A DNA stretch of 64,000 nucleotides from a virus. Its lineage: Duplodnaviria > Caudoviricetes. The notes beneath the pieces were generated by a model, which worked only from the letters and a program-made list of their open reading frames with translations, was not told the origin of the DNA and searched no databases. The translations under genes were made by a program, and so were the position numbers. The DNA lies in the IMG/VR virus record IMGVR_UViG_3300028840_001835; one strand, given 5' to 3'. Below, piece after piece: positions 10,563 through 19,835 of this stretch; position 1 is the stretch's first letter, and every line of letters starts with the position of its first letter.

Positions 10563-12068
10563 TTATTCATAAGCATAAGTCACCAACGTGACTCCCGTGT
10601 ACGGTCCTGGTCCTGGGGACGGTAATGAACCGACAGTTGGTATAGGAGCAATTACATTCATATTCAAAGCCAGTTTGATATATTTGTTCATTATTTCCCA
10701 AACCTCTCTCTTTCTAGTTTTGGAATCATCGGAGAATGATGTATTGGCTATCTGATTTGCACACGCTTTCCCCTGAGCGATAACCGCTGGAAAAGAAACA
10801 AACCCATGAAGTCCAGGACCTGTTCCCGGATCTGGCGGAACTATAGAGAGGGCTGCCAGGGGTCCAGTTGTCGGACTTAATCCAATTGTAAATGGAGGTG
10901 TATTTAACCATTGATTGAGTCCAGTAAAAAATCTATCAACACCGCCCTGGGCAAGACCAACATAAGTAGTGTTTTTTAAGAACTGTAATAATGTATTCTC
11001 TGGATTAAAATTCAATCTCGCCGCAAGAGGTCCTGCTGCAGGAGTCGGAACACCTGGCGAAACAATAACAGTTCCAGTACAATTTGCCTTCAATTCATAA
11101 TTCTCGTCAGTTGTGATGTATTCATATACACCCTGAGCTATATCCTCCCAACCGTAATTAGTATTCTGAGTCACGATCTGATTATTTGTTGTTGCTCCCG
11201 TTGGGATCGATGTTTCATATCCTCGTGCATCTTGTTTCTGTATCACTGTCTCCTGTGAGTCGAGTAACGGCTCATCGGCAACCTCTTCTGAGTTCTCTGT
11301 CTCTGTATGTACTTGTGATTGATTCAAATCTGTTTCATTTGTCACAAAATATTCGTCAGTAAGATACTGACTTCCTAATGTTCTTACATCAAAATGTACC
11401 CAAGTCGGTGCTATTCTTGCAGGCTCAAGTGCCTTCTTATTAGAATTGTTCCAACCAATTTGTGCGTTCATCTTTTCAACAACCCTTCTTCTGCAATCAT
11501 CACATTCTGTGTTTCCTCCCGGATCAATGTCTATGGCTTTTCCCATATGATTTGTACTCTGACGACCTCGTGCCTGATTATCTATTCGACATCTATAACC
11601 CGAGTTTAACGTCCAGTTATATTGAGGGTGATAAAAGAACACTGCACGAACAGCCCATAGTAACATTCGATGTATACCAAGATATTCCTTTTGGTGATAT
11701 GCTTCTATCTGGGGTTTTCCCGATCTATACTGACCATTAAAATCATTGTGTCCAAAACCATTATTTGTAGTCTGGCATGCTGGATCATTACATGGACATT
11801 TAATTGTGTTTTGAAATCTAGTAAATATTGGATATTGTATTGCAAATGTATCGGTCGCATCAAATGTTTGACGATCAGCAACACCGCTTGGTGTTATTCC
11901 CATAAAGTCTCTCTGAAATGCCATCACCGATGACTTGGTCTTTGCGGAAAACGTTCCATTAGGAACTGTAGCGTTTTTAAACCCAGCAAGACGAATCTGG
12001 AGCTCCTTTACATCGTCCCCACTCATTCCTTGACGGAGTAGTCTTTCTCCAAATACTTCACCAGCCAT
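10563..12068 (-). CDS. Peptidoglycan-binding domain + M15 Zn peptidase fused to an unknown C-terminal domain (lysin)
   Basis: LRQGMSGDDVKELQIRL...G.F...T..VMAFQR (PG_binding_1); SGYRC, HMGKAID (H-x6-D) and WVHFD zinc ligands. Confidence 0.85.
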   Translation of the reverse strand: MAGEVFGERLLRQGMSGDDVKELQIRLAGFKNATVPNGTFSAKTKSSVMAFQRDFMGITPSGVADRQTFDATDTFAIQYPIFTRFQNTIKCPCNDPACQTTNNGFGHNDFNGQYRSGKPQIEAYHQKEYLGIHRMLLWAVRAVFFYHPQYNWTLNSGYRCRIDNQARGRQSTNHMGKAIDIDPGGNTECDDCRRRVVEKMNAQIGWNNSNKKALEPARIAPTWVHFDVRTLGSQYLTDEYFVTNETDLNQSQVHTETENSEEVADEPLLDSQETVIQKQDARGYETSIPTGATTNNQIVTQNTNYGWEDIAQGVYEYITTDENYELKANCTGTVIVSPGVPTPAAGPLAARLNFNPENTLLQFLKNTTYVGLAQGGVDRFFTGLNQWLNTPPFTIGLSPTTGPLAALSIVPPDPGTGPGLHGFVSFPAVIAQGKACANQIANTSFSDDSKTRKREVWEIMNKYIKLALNMNVIAPIPTVGSLPSPGPGPYTGVTLVTYAYE

Positions 12069-12105
12069 GTAACCTTACCTTTCAAAAGTTTGTGTATGGT
12101 AATGA

Positions 12106-12522
12106 TTATCTGGTGACAGACACCACCTCAGCGGTCTTGTCTGGAGTAGCATTATGATCCTTGAACATATCATTCGAGGATATGTATTCTACAATCTCTT
12201 TATGAAGTTCACTAATATAATCAATACCATTTTTCAATTCCCGTTCAACCTTTAAATATCTCTTTGCTCCAAGGGCTACATCGATCACCCTATCAAGAAG
12301 ATAATAAGCGTCCATAACACGACCAATAGAGTCTTTCACATTACCCGTTCTTAATGAACTCAATGCATCACTAAGTTTCTCGACCAATGAGTTGGAAATA
12401 TTCTCACTTAGTATTCCACGAAGTTGTCCTTCGATACAATTCATCCATTCATTGATTCTAGTCTCAAGACTCCCGAAACCACTTCCCTCTGTCTCACATA
12501 TTATGTATTGTTTGAACTTCAA
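12106..12522 (-). CDS. Putative internal head protein with capsid-targeting-like leader
   Basis: Starts MKFKQYIICE. Confidence 0.55.
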   Translation of the reverse strand: MKFKQYIICETEGSGFGSLETRINEWMNCIEGQLRGILSENISNSLVEKLSDALSSLRTGNVKDSIGRVMDAYYLLDRVIDVALGAKRYLKVERELKNGIDYISELHKEIVEYISSNDMFKDHNATPDKTAEVVSVTR

Positions 12523-12527
12523 TTCAA

Positions 12528-13403
12528 TTATCCTTCCAGATAATTCTTAAGGTTTTCGGAGACAGTCGTTTCGAGACCGCCTTTCAATCTTCCAATAACT
12601 TCATCGACATCCTGTTTGAGACAAAATGCACCAACAAGCAATTCTCTCAGCTGTGCAAATGAGAATCCATCTGTCTTTTCAGCCAACGCCTTAATCTCCT
12701 TGGTGGTTTTCTGACCCTTCAATTTACTTTCAAGATATGCGATACGTCCGTTGACGGGTGGATTATCTATCTCGATCTTTCTATCAAATCTTGAGGGTCT
12801 TAGAATCCTTGCAGGTAGTTTTTCTATGTAATTGGTCGTTCCCAAGAACAATACATTGTCCATCTGATTCTCTCCGTCGAACAATTCAAGTATAGAATGT
12901 TCACCATATCTAACGATCTCATCAATATCTTCCATCACACAAAGAATCTTTCTATCCTTCTCTATATCTTTGATCAATCCAAGAGAATCGGTAAGGAGTC
13001 TTCCCTCTTTTGCGATTAGAACTACGTTACCCTTCTTTATAGAATCTTCCATTGCCAATTTTAACAGACAGGATTTTCCGGAACCCGGAACACCATAAAG
13101 CAGAACTCCTCTCTTATGTGTAAACCCTAGTCCCTTGTAATCGTCCTTCAGTCCCCAGAACTTATCTATCTCCTCGAGTATCTTATTATATCTTGAGTCC
13201 TCAAATCTAAGAATCTCATCGGTGTTCATATCATGCTGCTCAAAGAATATACCTTGCATGTTTCTACCGATCTGATATATACCAGGGGGTATTGTTGGTT
13301 CAGTCACGACTTCACCGACGGGTTGAAAAGTGTTGTCCTTGACAATATATTTCTTGAAAATCTGTTTTCTCTTTCCTTCCGTCAGATATTTAATAAAGTC
13401 CAT
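12528..13403 (-). CDS. AAA+ ATPase (classic clade) with capsid-targeting-like leader
   Basis: Walker A GVPGSGKS, Walker B CVMEDID, SRH TTNY...LRPSRFDRKI; starts MDFIKYLTE. Confidence 0.9.
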   Translation of the reverse strand: MDFIKYLTEGKRKQIFKKYIVKDNTFQPVGEVVTEPTIPPGIYQIGRNMQGIFFEQHDMNTDEILRFEDSRYNKILEEIDKFWGLKDDYKGLGFTHKRGVLLYGVPGSGKSCLLKLAMEDSIKKGNVVLIAKEGRLLTDSLGLIKDIEKDRKILCVMEDIDEIVRYGEHSILELFDGENQMDNVLFLGTTNYIEKLPARILRPSRFDRKIEIDNPPVNGRIAYLESKLKGQKTTKEIKALAEKTDGFSFAQLRELLVGAFCLKQDVDEVIGRLKGGLETTVSENLKNYLEG

Positions 13404-13435
13404 AATTATCTCCTTGAATGATCATTCTACCTAAC

Positions 13436-13443
13436 TATTTATA
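13436..13443 (-). promoter_or_regulatory. T4-type late promoter TATAAATA
   Basis: Exact match upstream of the AAA+ ATPase. Confidence 0.8.
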
Positions 13444-13446
13444 AGT

Positions 13447-14190
13447 TTATGGCCGAACATAAGTCGCTCCCGGGGTTCCGTTAAGCTGACGTCCAACCGC
13501 TTGCGGAGCTCCTGTGAAATCACTTAAAGGAACATTCAATACTGGTTGAGTTGCTTCAGTTCCACCAAGTAGTATCTTACCCTTGGGAGCCTCTATACTA
13601 ATATCACCTTCCTCGGACTTCAGAGTCACGCTTCCCTTCATTGTTATTGAGAAATTTCCTGTACTTGTCTTTGTGTTACTTAGTGATATATTTCCGTCTT
13701 TATCTATTCTAAGAACCAGTCCACTTGAATGGGTGTATACAGATTCAAATGTACTTCTGTTTATAAAAAAAGAATCTCCTTCGTCTGTCTCGAAAAATAC
13801 CATCACATTGGGATAATCCACATCTTTGTCAGATGGAAGATGATTTACATTTAGAACCTTGGTTGTATACATTGGGCTATATACTTCGCCTTTATCAAAA
13901 TAAACTCTTACCAGAGAATCAACGGGTGGAACAACAAATGACCCAACAGTCGAACCCATGAACTGAAAATCCGGCTTTGCCCATGGTAGATCGGAGGTCT
14001 GGATATTTCCTTCATCAAATACTCCAAAGATCCGTATCCTGCATCGACCCAATTTATCAGGATCATTGTTGTCCTCCACCCTACCGGTGAACATCGTCAT
14101 CCTTCTTTCATTGAGCCGATTCTTAATGAAGTCATTCAGCAATTCCCCAATTTCTTTTTGGAAACCTTTATCTCTCAAATCATCAGCCAT
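13447..14190 (-). CDS. gp5: Baseplate central spike gp5 (OB-fold, no lysozyme domain)
   Basis: FTGRVEDNNDPDKLGRCRIRIFG...DLPWA...VPPVDSLVRVYF OB-fold; short beta-helix. Confidence 0.88.
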   Translation of the reverse strand: MADDLRDKGFQKEIGELLNDFIKNRLNERRMTMFTGRVEDNNDPDKLGRCRIRIFGVFDEGNIQTSDLPWAKPDFQFMGSTVGSFVVPPVDSLVRVYFDKGEVYSPMYTTKVLNVNHLPSDKDVDYPNVMVFFETDEGDSFFINRSTFESVYTHSSGLVLRIDKDGNISLSNTKTSTGNFSITMKGSVTLKSEEGDISIEAPKGKILLGGTEATQPVLNVPLSDFTGAPQAVGRQLNGTPGATYVRP

Positions 14191-14199
14191 TTCAATCTC

Positions 14200-15540
14200 C
14201 TAAAATATTGTCCTCTTATCTATCTTTGCGTTCAGAAGTTTCTCTGAACTATGTCTACTTGTAAGGTCACTCTTAAATCCTCGAATATCAAGTCCATTTC
14301 TATAAAGGACCACGACCATCGTATATATGGAGTTTTTCTGGGCTTCATGGATTATTCCACCCACGACATATTCCCCAGAATGGACATCGTCCATCTTTGA
14401 GTTCACGGGAAACATACTAGGGACCCATACATTCACTTTGTCGAACAGTCTAAGGTCGCTTTCGGGGCGAGCGTATATCACAAGGTGGCTACTAAAAAAG
14501 TTCTCTCTAAGGTACTTATTCTGGCTCTGAGCTAGCATGTAGCTGGCGTGCATATTTGTGGAGTCAAAGAGTCCATTTTCATCATCGGCGACTATTTTGC
14601 CAATCTTGGACTTTTCCTTCAATGAATGTATGGACAGGGGATGATCATCCGTTGTTATAGAAGTCCTTTTTGAGTTCTCAAGATCATAGTAACTAACGGC
14701 CCTGCCATATGAATTTGTCTTATTGACCGTTCCAGCAAAGTTCTTGTAACCCCAGTTTCTATAGAATATAATATTCTCCTCACCATGGGTCTCTTTTAGC
14801 TCCTCCAACTGCTCATCATACTCATCCTCAGATATGGTTATATTACTAAGCATTGAGGCCCTAAGATCAAATATCGCCTGCTTGACCTGTTGTTTCCTTT
14901 CCATCTCGGTCTTTAATGATGTATATGTCATCTTACCATCTCGATCAACATAGGCAAACGGTGCATCATCATCATTCACATATGCCCTCTCCAATACATG
15001 CTTCATAAACATGAAATCATTCTGATTAGCCTGAAGCCAGGTCATCTTATCTCTTGAACTAACCCTTGATGTGAAGTCTTTGAACCCAATTTCATTTGAA
15101 AGTTTCTTGAACACCTCCTCAGACTTCATCTGAGAGAATGCCCTGGTCTTTAGTTCAAATGGAAACCCATCGGTCTTTAAGAAACCGGATAGTCGTATAA
15201 CGGCCTGTTCTGATTTACCCGGTCCCGAGTTAAGTATCTCGTAATCCTGTAAGATGAATTCATTTTTAACTATCGGATCATCATCCTTCTGAAAGTGTAA
15301 TTCAATTTTGATTGTATCATTATCCTCAAGAGGAAATCCGTCAGTAAACCAACCGGTATCTGACATTTCAATTTCGATTCTTGGTAATGTATCGAATATC
15401 CATTCTTTGATGAATATTGAAGCGATGGACGATGAAACAAGATCAACTTCCTTGATGCTGATCTTTAGAAAAAAGTTTACAACCGGATTCTCTCCACTCT
15501 CATTTAATTTCTTGATTTGGCTTTTTTCATCAACGGCCAT
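14200..15540 (-). CDS. Baseplate hub protein (gp27/late control D-like)
   Basis: 446 aa between gp53 and gp5; DFMFMKHV, SGEYVVGGIIH hub-like motifs. Confidence 0.65.
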   Translation of the reverse strand: MAVDEKSQIKKLNESGENPVVNFFLKISIKEVDLVSSSIASIFIKEWIFDTLPRIEIEMSDTGWFTDGFPLEDNDTIKIELHFQKDDDPIVKNEFILQDYEILNSGPGKSEQAVIRLSGFLKTDGFPFELKTRAFSQMKSEEVFKKLSNEIGFKDFTSRVSSRDKMTWLQANQNDFMFMKHVLERAYVNDDDAPFAYVDRDGKMTYTSLKTEMERKQQVKQAIFDLRASMLSNITISEDEYDEQLEELKETHGEENIIFYRNWGYKNFAGTVNKTNSYGRAVSYYDLENSKRTSITTDDHPLSIHSLKEKSKIGKIVADDENGLFDSTNMHASYMLAQSQNKYLRENFFSSHLVIYARPESDLRLFDKVNVWVPSMFPVNSKMDDVHSGEYVVGGIIHEAQKNSIYTMVVVLYRNGLDIRGFKSDLTSRHSSEKLLNAKIDKRTIF

Positions 15541-15542
15541 AA

Positions 15543-15872
15543 TTATTCCATATCAACCTTTCGGCGTGTTTCAATGAAGAACTCCTCAACATCAGCCAGA
15601 GCCGGAATCTGGAGAACCTTGCCTAGTGTGAAATCATTGAATATATCATCAATGTCATTTAGTTTCATTATTACCCACCAATAATCGACCTTGCCTAATG
15701 TTTCAAAACTAATCAGGTCAGGCCTCTTCATGTATTTCTCTGTAACGGTGAAGTATACTCTCGGTCTCTTAAATTGAAAGTTATCAAAATTGTTAAAAGG
15801 TAGATCGTTCTCTATGTTACCATCAATAAGATTTTGGTTCATAAAATTCGCTCTGTTCATCTTGGTTGACAT
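15543..15872 (-). CDS. gp53: Baseplate wedge gp53 (LysM-like)
   Basis: RPDLISFETLGKVDYWWVIMKLNDI...GKVLQIP. Confidence 0.85.
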   Translation of the reverse strand: MSTKMNRANFMNQNLIDGNIENDLPFNNFDNFQFKRPRVYFTVTEKYMKRPDLISFETLGKVDYWWVIMKLNDIDDIFNDFTLGKVLQIPALADVEEFFIETRRKVDME

Positions 15873-15874
15873 TA

Positions 15875-16648
15875 TTATCCTCCTGTCTGAGCATCCTGAC
15901 CATCAAACATTATGTTGAACCCACCTGCCTTTAAGACACCATCGACACCAACGCTTGCATTCTTGCCCTGTACCAGAGCCTCAACTGTCTCTAACCCAAC
16001 AGTAAAATCTCCAAACAATGGACCCTGATGGGTTATCTCCCTTGAGTATGTTACATTAAGGGACGTGATTATCATGGCCGTTGAACGGAAGAAGGAACCA
16101 ATCTTACAATCGACAGTCCTACCACTGGTCGTTAATGTCTTGAGAAAATTATAGGCTCCTTGTGCTAGCTCGCCTGCACCAAGACCTCCCTCAACTGCCT
16201 GCGCAAACTCTCCAGACGCCAATTCTTTTCTTGACTTTATTTGTTCCAACGTTCTTTCCCAATCGAACGGAGGAGGAGCGACCATGTTTGATAAATTTCT
16301 GGCAGCATTAACTATGGGGTTATAACTAAGGTTACCCTTATCTACAATTCTAAACTCAGCGTTGATCGCAAGATGACCGCCTCCTTTAAAATACTTTCTT
16401 GAGAAAAGACCTGTCACCAAACTTGCGTCACCAATCTTCTGCAATAGTTCAGCACCGGGTACAAGGTTTGTAAACAAGTTTGCCCATTCTGGACTTAGTG
16501 AGTATTGAAATTGATTTTTCATGTCTCCCACTATACTAAATCTCTCACCGCCAGAACCCTGCGTTCCCCGAATCACTATCTCATGTGTCGCCTTGTTATT
16601 TCGCCTACCCTGTGCAGTTATCAATGGTCTCTTTTCTATTCTTGCCAT
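15875..16648 (-). CDS. Tail tube initiator, gp48-like
   Basis: C-terminal AMIITSLNVTYS...GPLFGDFTVGLET tube-fold pattern; follows tape measure gene. Confidence 0.65.
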   Translation of the reverse strand: MARIEKRPLITAQGRRNNKATHEIVIRGTQGSGGERFSIVGDMKNQFQYSLSPEWANLFTNLVPGAELLQKIGDASLVTGLFSRKYFKGGGHLAINAEFRIVDKGNLSYNPIVNAARNLSNMVAPPPFDWERTLEQIKSRKELASGEFAQAVEGGLGAGELAQGAYNFLKTLTTSGRTVDCKIGSFFRSTAMIITSLNVTYSREITHQGPLFGDFTVGLETVEALVQGKNASVGVDGVLKAGGFNIMFDGQDAQTGG

Positions 16649-16661
16649 CTATACATCTCCA

Positions 16662-18722
16662 TTAACTTATCACTATCTTTGAACCCTTGATTGAGTCCAC
16701 AGGATCTTTTCTTCTCGCCGCCTCGATCTTCTTGGCCATCACTGTCGAGAAACTACCCTCCATCCATTCCATGAACTTAGCCATTCTCTCTATTTCGGTC
16801 ATACTTCTATCTATAGCAAATTCGGCAACCTCTGGCTCCCTCTGCTTGACCTCTTCAGCGACCTTCTTCTGTTTCTGTTTTATCTCTGTCTTTTCGGCCG
16901 TCTCCGCTAGTGTCTTTGTCTCCACTATAGCGGCTGGCGTTGGGGTAGGTGGTGCATCGGGTTCCCGTCTACCAAAAATCTTTTTGGCAAGTCTTCCAGC
17001 AAGACCTCCCAGGGCAAGTGCTTTCTCCTTCACTATATCCCAAAATCCAGTTATGATGTTTATCACACCATCACCAAACTTCATAAATCCATTCTTGACT
17101 TTTTCAAGAAGTGTACCCTCTGCAGAAAATAAATCGGTAATATAATCAACAACATTTGAAAATATATTCTTTATTCCATCCTTGAAACCAGATACAAATC
17201 CAAAGAAGTCAGAGTCAACGCCAAAGAATCCAAGTATACCATCGACTGCCTTTGCAAGTATAGTAGGGATCATAAGAAGTAGATCAACTATTCGGTTGAA
17301 TATTCCCTTAACCGGACCCTCGCCGCCAAATACATTTTCCCTTATAAACTCAAGCGGATCTGTGAAAGCCTTGAATATTCCGGTCGCCCATGTCTTGGCA
17401 TCACCCATAAGACCAAACGTCAGTCCCTCTATGATACCACCAATTGCTCCAGATATCTTTTGTCCAATTGTCGCTTGCTCGCCTGCTCCAAGACCAAAAA
17501 ATTCCCCAGCCTTAAAGAAACCGCGTATGCCATCAAATATAGACATCACTGCAGTGATCGCCAGACCAATGGGACCAGCGAATCTGGATATCTTTAATAG
17601 AGGCTTAATAAGATTATCCAGCCAACCAATGAGCTTACCGACTATTCCAAATCCTTTTCGGAATTTATCAAATATCTTAAATAGAACTCCGACTGGTTTT
17701 AGTATCTTACCTATGAACCCTAAACGACCTCCAGCCCGAAACATTTTTGCGAGGTTTGCAAATCCGGAAGTAAGCATTTTAATGAATTTAAGGTCTTTTA
17801 ATTTTGCAAATGCTCTAATCACACCGAGCCTAAGTAATTTTGGAAGATCAATTGCGATGCCTTTTATTATCTTTAAACCAATTCTAAATCTATTGAGTAT
17901 ACCAACAAGAACACCAGCAAGAAGGGTTAACAACAACCCAGCCCGACCTTCTTCCTCTTCATCTTTCTTTGCAGCAATCTTACCCAACAGCTCGTTGGTC
18001 ATTTTCTGTCTCTTAATTCTCTCTGCGTCCCGTGTTCTATTAAACTGAAATGCATTCATTCCCATACTCTCATCATACTTGTCCTGAAGTTCAAGTATCC
18101 CGTCCTCTATCGCCATCATCGTTTTTAAGGACGCTTCCATTATTGGAACCTGTTGTTGCTCAAGTATCTCCTGAGTCGCCAAAGCGGGCTCCTTTAGATC
18201 CTTTGCCTTGAATGGAAATAATTTTTTAAACTTCTCACCAAACGTTTTTCCAAACTTAGTGAAGAACACAGTTAAAACAAAAATCAATCTACCAAATGTT
18301 TTCTTCACACCCTCGCCCATTAAACCCACAAATGAACCAACCGTCTCGAAAGGATTTCGGACAATCTCAAGGGCCCTATGAACAGCGCCCCCAATTGATC
18401 CGGTTATGTTTCTAAAAATTCCGGTCAATCTATCTTTAATTCCTCGAATCATTCCACCAATAACGTCTGATAAACTTTTAACCATTTCTTTTCCATTCGG
18501 TTCAATCTGAATATTGGTAAGATTCTTTAGTACATCACTACTAAGAAATTTCGCCTGGAGTTTGGACGTTTCTACAACAGCCTGACCAATTCTGTCAAGT
18601 AGATCATTATTTGTGACTAATAACTTATTAGTCTCCTCATCCTCGACCTGCTGAACAGTAGGCAGCTCCTGGAGAAAGGTAGGTTTCTTTCCAAAAATGG
18701 TAGGTTTGATATCTTCTGGCAT
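16662..18722 (-). CDS. Tape measure protein (gp29-like)
   Basis: 686 aa amphipathic helical G/F/I-rich repeats; canonical position. Confidence 0.8.
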   Translation of the reverse strand: MPEDIKPTIFGKKPTFLQELPTVQQVEDEETNKLLVTNNDLLDRIGQAVVETSKLQAKFLSSDVLKNLTNIQIEPNGKEMVKSLSDVIGGMIRGIKDRLTGIFRNITGSIGGAVHRALEIVRNPFETVGSFVGLMGEGVKKTFGRLIFVLTVFFTKFGKTFGEKFKKLFPFKAKDLKEPALATQEILEQQQVPIMEASLKTMMAIEDGILELQDKYDESMGMNAFQFNRTRDAERIKRQKMTNELLGKIAAKKDEEEEGRAGLLLTLLAGVLVGILNRFRIGLKIIKGIAIDLPKLLRLGVIRAFAKLKDLKFIKMLTSGFANLAKMFRAGGRLGFIGKILKPVGVLFKIFDKFRKGFGIVGKLIGWLDNLIKPLLKISRFAGPIGLAITAVMSIFDGIRGFFKAGEFFGLGAGEQATIGQKISGAIGGIIEGLTFGLMGDAKTWATGIFKAFTDPLEFIRENVFGGEGPVKGIFNRIVDLLLMIPTILAKAVDGILGFFGVDSDFFGFVSGFKDGIKNIFSNVVDYITDLFSAEGTLLEKVKNGFMKFGDGVINIITGFWDIVKEKALALGGLAGRLAKKIFGRREPDAPPTPTPAAIVETKTLAETAEKTEIKQKQKKVAEEVKQREPEVAEFAIDRSMTEIERMAKFMEWMEGSFSTVMAKKIEAARRKDPVDSIKGSKIVIS

Positions 18723-18750
18723 ACTACTTCCTATCTATGTTATTCTCTAA

Positions 18751-18758
18751 TATTTATA
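18751..18758 (-). promoter_or_regulatory. T4-type late promoter TATAAATA
   Basis: Exact match upstream of the tape measure gene. Confidence 0.8.
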
Positions 18759-18762
18759 CTGC

Positions 18763-18960
18763 TCACCTGTTGATCATTTTCCTAAAATCCTCAACCGAGG
18801 CGCCCGATTTATCATTCTCTTCCTGTATTCTCTTTGCCATAATCTCATAAAACCAGATGAACTCTCGAAAGTCCTGCTGATCATTAATCTGATGTTTGGC
18901 GTTCCAAAGTAGCTCGAACTGGAACTTTAAAATATCTTCAAGTTTGTACTTTGGGAAGAA
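18763..18960 (-). CDS. gp51-like / tail-chaperone T-domain ORF, probably reached by a +1 frameshift from gp26
   Basis: LEDILKFQFELL...FREFIWFYEIMAKRIQEENDK; no ATG/GTG/TTG with an SD; overlaps the gp26 3' end at TTC TTT CTT CCC AAA G. Confidence 0.6.
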   Translation of the reverse strand, partial: FFPKYKLEDILKFQFELLWNAKHQINDQQDFREFIWFYEIMAKRIQEENDKSGASVEDFRKMINR

Positions 18961-19783
18961 AGAAGTCTGGTCGAAACGGAAGCACCGTTTCAGTGCTACC
19001 TCCACACTTATTACATTTTACATCAATAGTTGGCTCGACGCCAATTCCACAATCCTCAACAAAGGACTGTATGTATGCAAAGTCAGCGGGTTCAAGTGAA
19101 TTAGTGACAAAAGAATATTTCTCAATCATGCCAGGCTCTTTTCCATCGACTGTCTCGATCATCCGACATAAAGAAACTATCTCCTTATCAAAATCCATCA
19201 TGGAGTTCTCATTCTGCTTTAGAAATCTCTCATTGAGATCCTCGTCCTTGACCCTAAGTAACTTAAAGGTCAATGTATGTCCAGAAGGTAGTCTTACCTC
19301 ACTTGTAAACTTACCATATCTCTCAACCTCATAATCCTGTATCTTTAGAGAGTCAAGTTCGAAATTAAATGTTGAAGGTTTATTACATTTCATACAATTA
19401 AAATTCACTTGATAGCCAGAATCTTTGTATGTATTGGCCCTAAGCCAAAACACCAGATACATCTTATCCGCGGTGAACAATTCGTCAACTTCAATACCCC
19501 TAATCGTCTTTCTTAATACATCATTAATCACATCGTTTGCATTTTCGGCAGTCAACTGAGAAAGATGCTTTACTTCCATGACTTTTAGAGACCTGGCCTG
19601 GATCTTTGTTCCCTCTGGATAAAAATTTCCCTTAGTAGGAAGGTCTGTTATGGTTACATACATACCGTCGTCCACGGGAGGAGATTCCTTCTTTGGCGCT
19701 TCCTTTGCTGGCTCTGGTTGTGTCTGCTGTGGTTGTTCTTTTTTCTTTGGATCGAACTCTTCCATCTTAATTGATTTGTTCAT
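18938..19783 (-). CDS. gp26: Baseplate hub assembly chaperone gp26-like
   Basis: DLPTKG.FY, RSLKVMEVK, ADKMYLVFWLRANTY, CxxC twice, FRPDFF C-terminus. Confidence 0.85.
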   Translation of the reverse strand: MNKSIKMEEFDPKKKEQPQQTQPEPAKEAPKKESPPVDDGMYVTITDLPTKGNFYPEGTKIQARSLKVMEVKHLSQLTAENANDVINDVLRKTIRGIEVDELFTADKMYLVFWLRANTYKDSGYQVNFNCMKCNKPSTFNFELDSLKIQDYEVERYGKFTSEVRLPSGHTLTFKLLRVKDEDLNERFLKQNENSMMDFDKEIVSLCRMIETVDGKEPGMIEKYSFVTNSLEPADFAYIQSFVEDCGIGVEPTIDVKCNKCGGSTETVLPFRPDFFLPKVQT

Positions 19784-19827
19784 GTCATATACTCCTGTTC
19801 AAGGTTCAATTTAAGTTCTACTGAATG

Positions 19828-19835
19828 TATTTATA
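19828..19835 (-). promoter_or_regulatory. T4-type late promoter TATAAATA
   Basis: Exact match; contains the TAA stop of the upstream gene. Confidence 0.8.

Noticed and set aside
16687-18048. Long plus-strand ORFs (152 and 288 aa) opposite the tape measure gene
   Set aside because: Antisense shadows with S/P/I-rich composition, no SD and no promoter; the same applies to 25116..25622, 27639..28142, 37762..38307, 44957..45484 and similar
18949-18955. CCCAAAG as a canonical -1 slippery heptamer
   Set aside because: In the gp26 frame it reads CCC AAA G, the wrong phase for -1; reaching the downstream ORF needs +1 (or -2)
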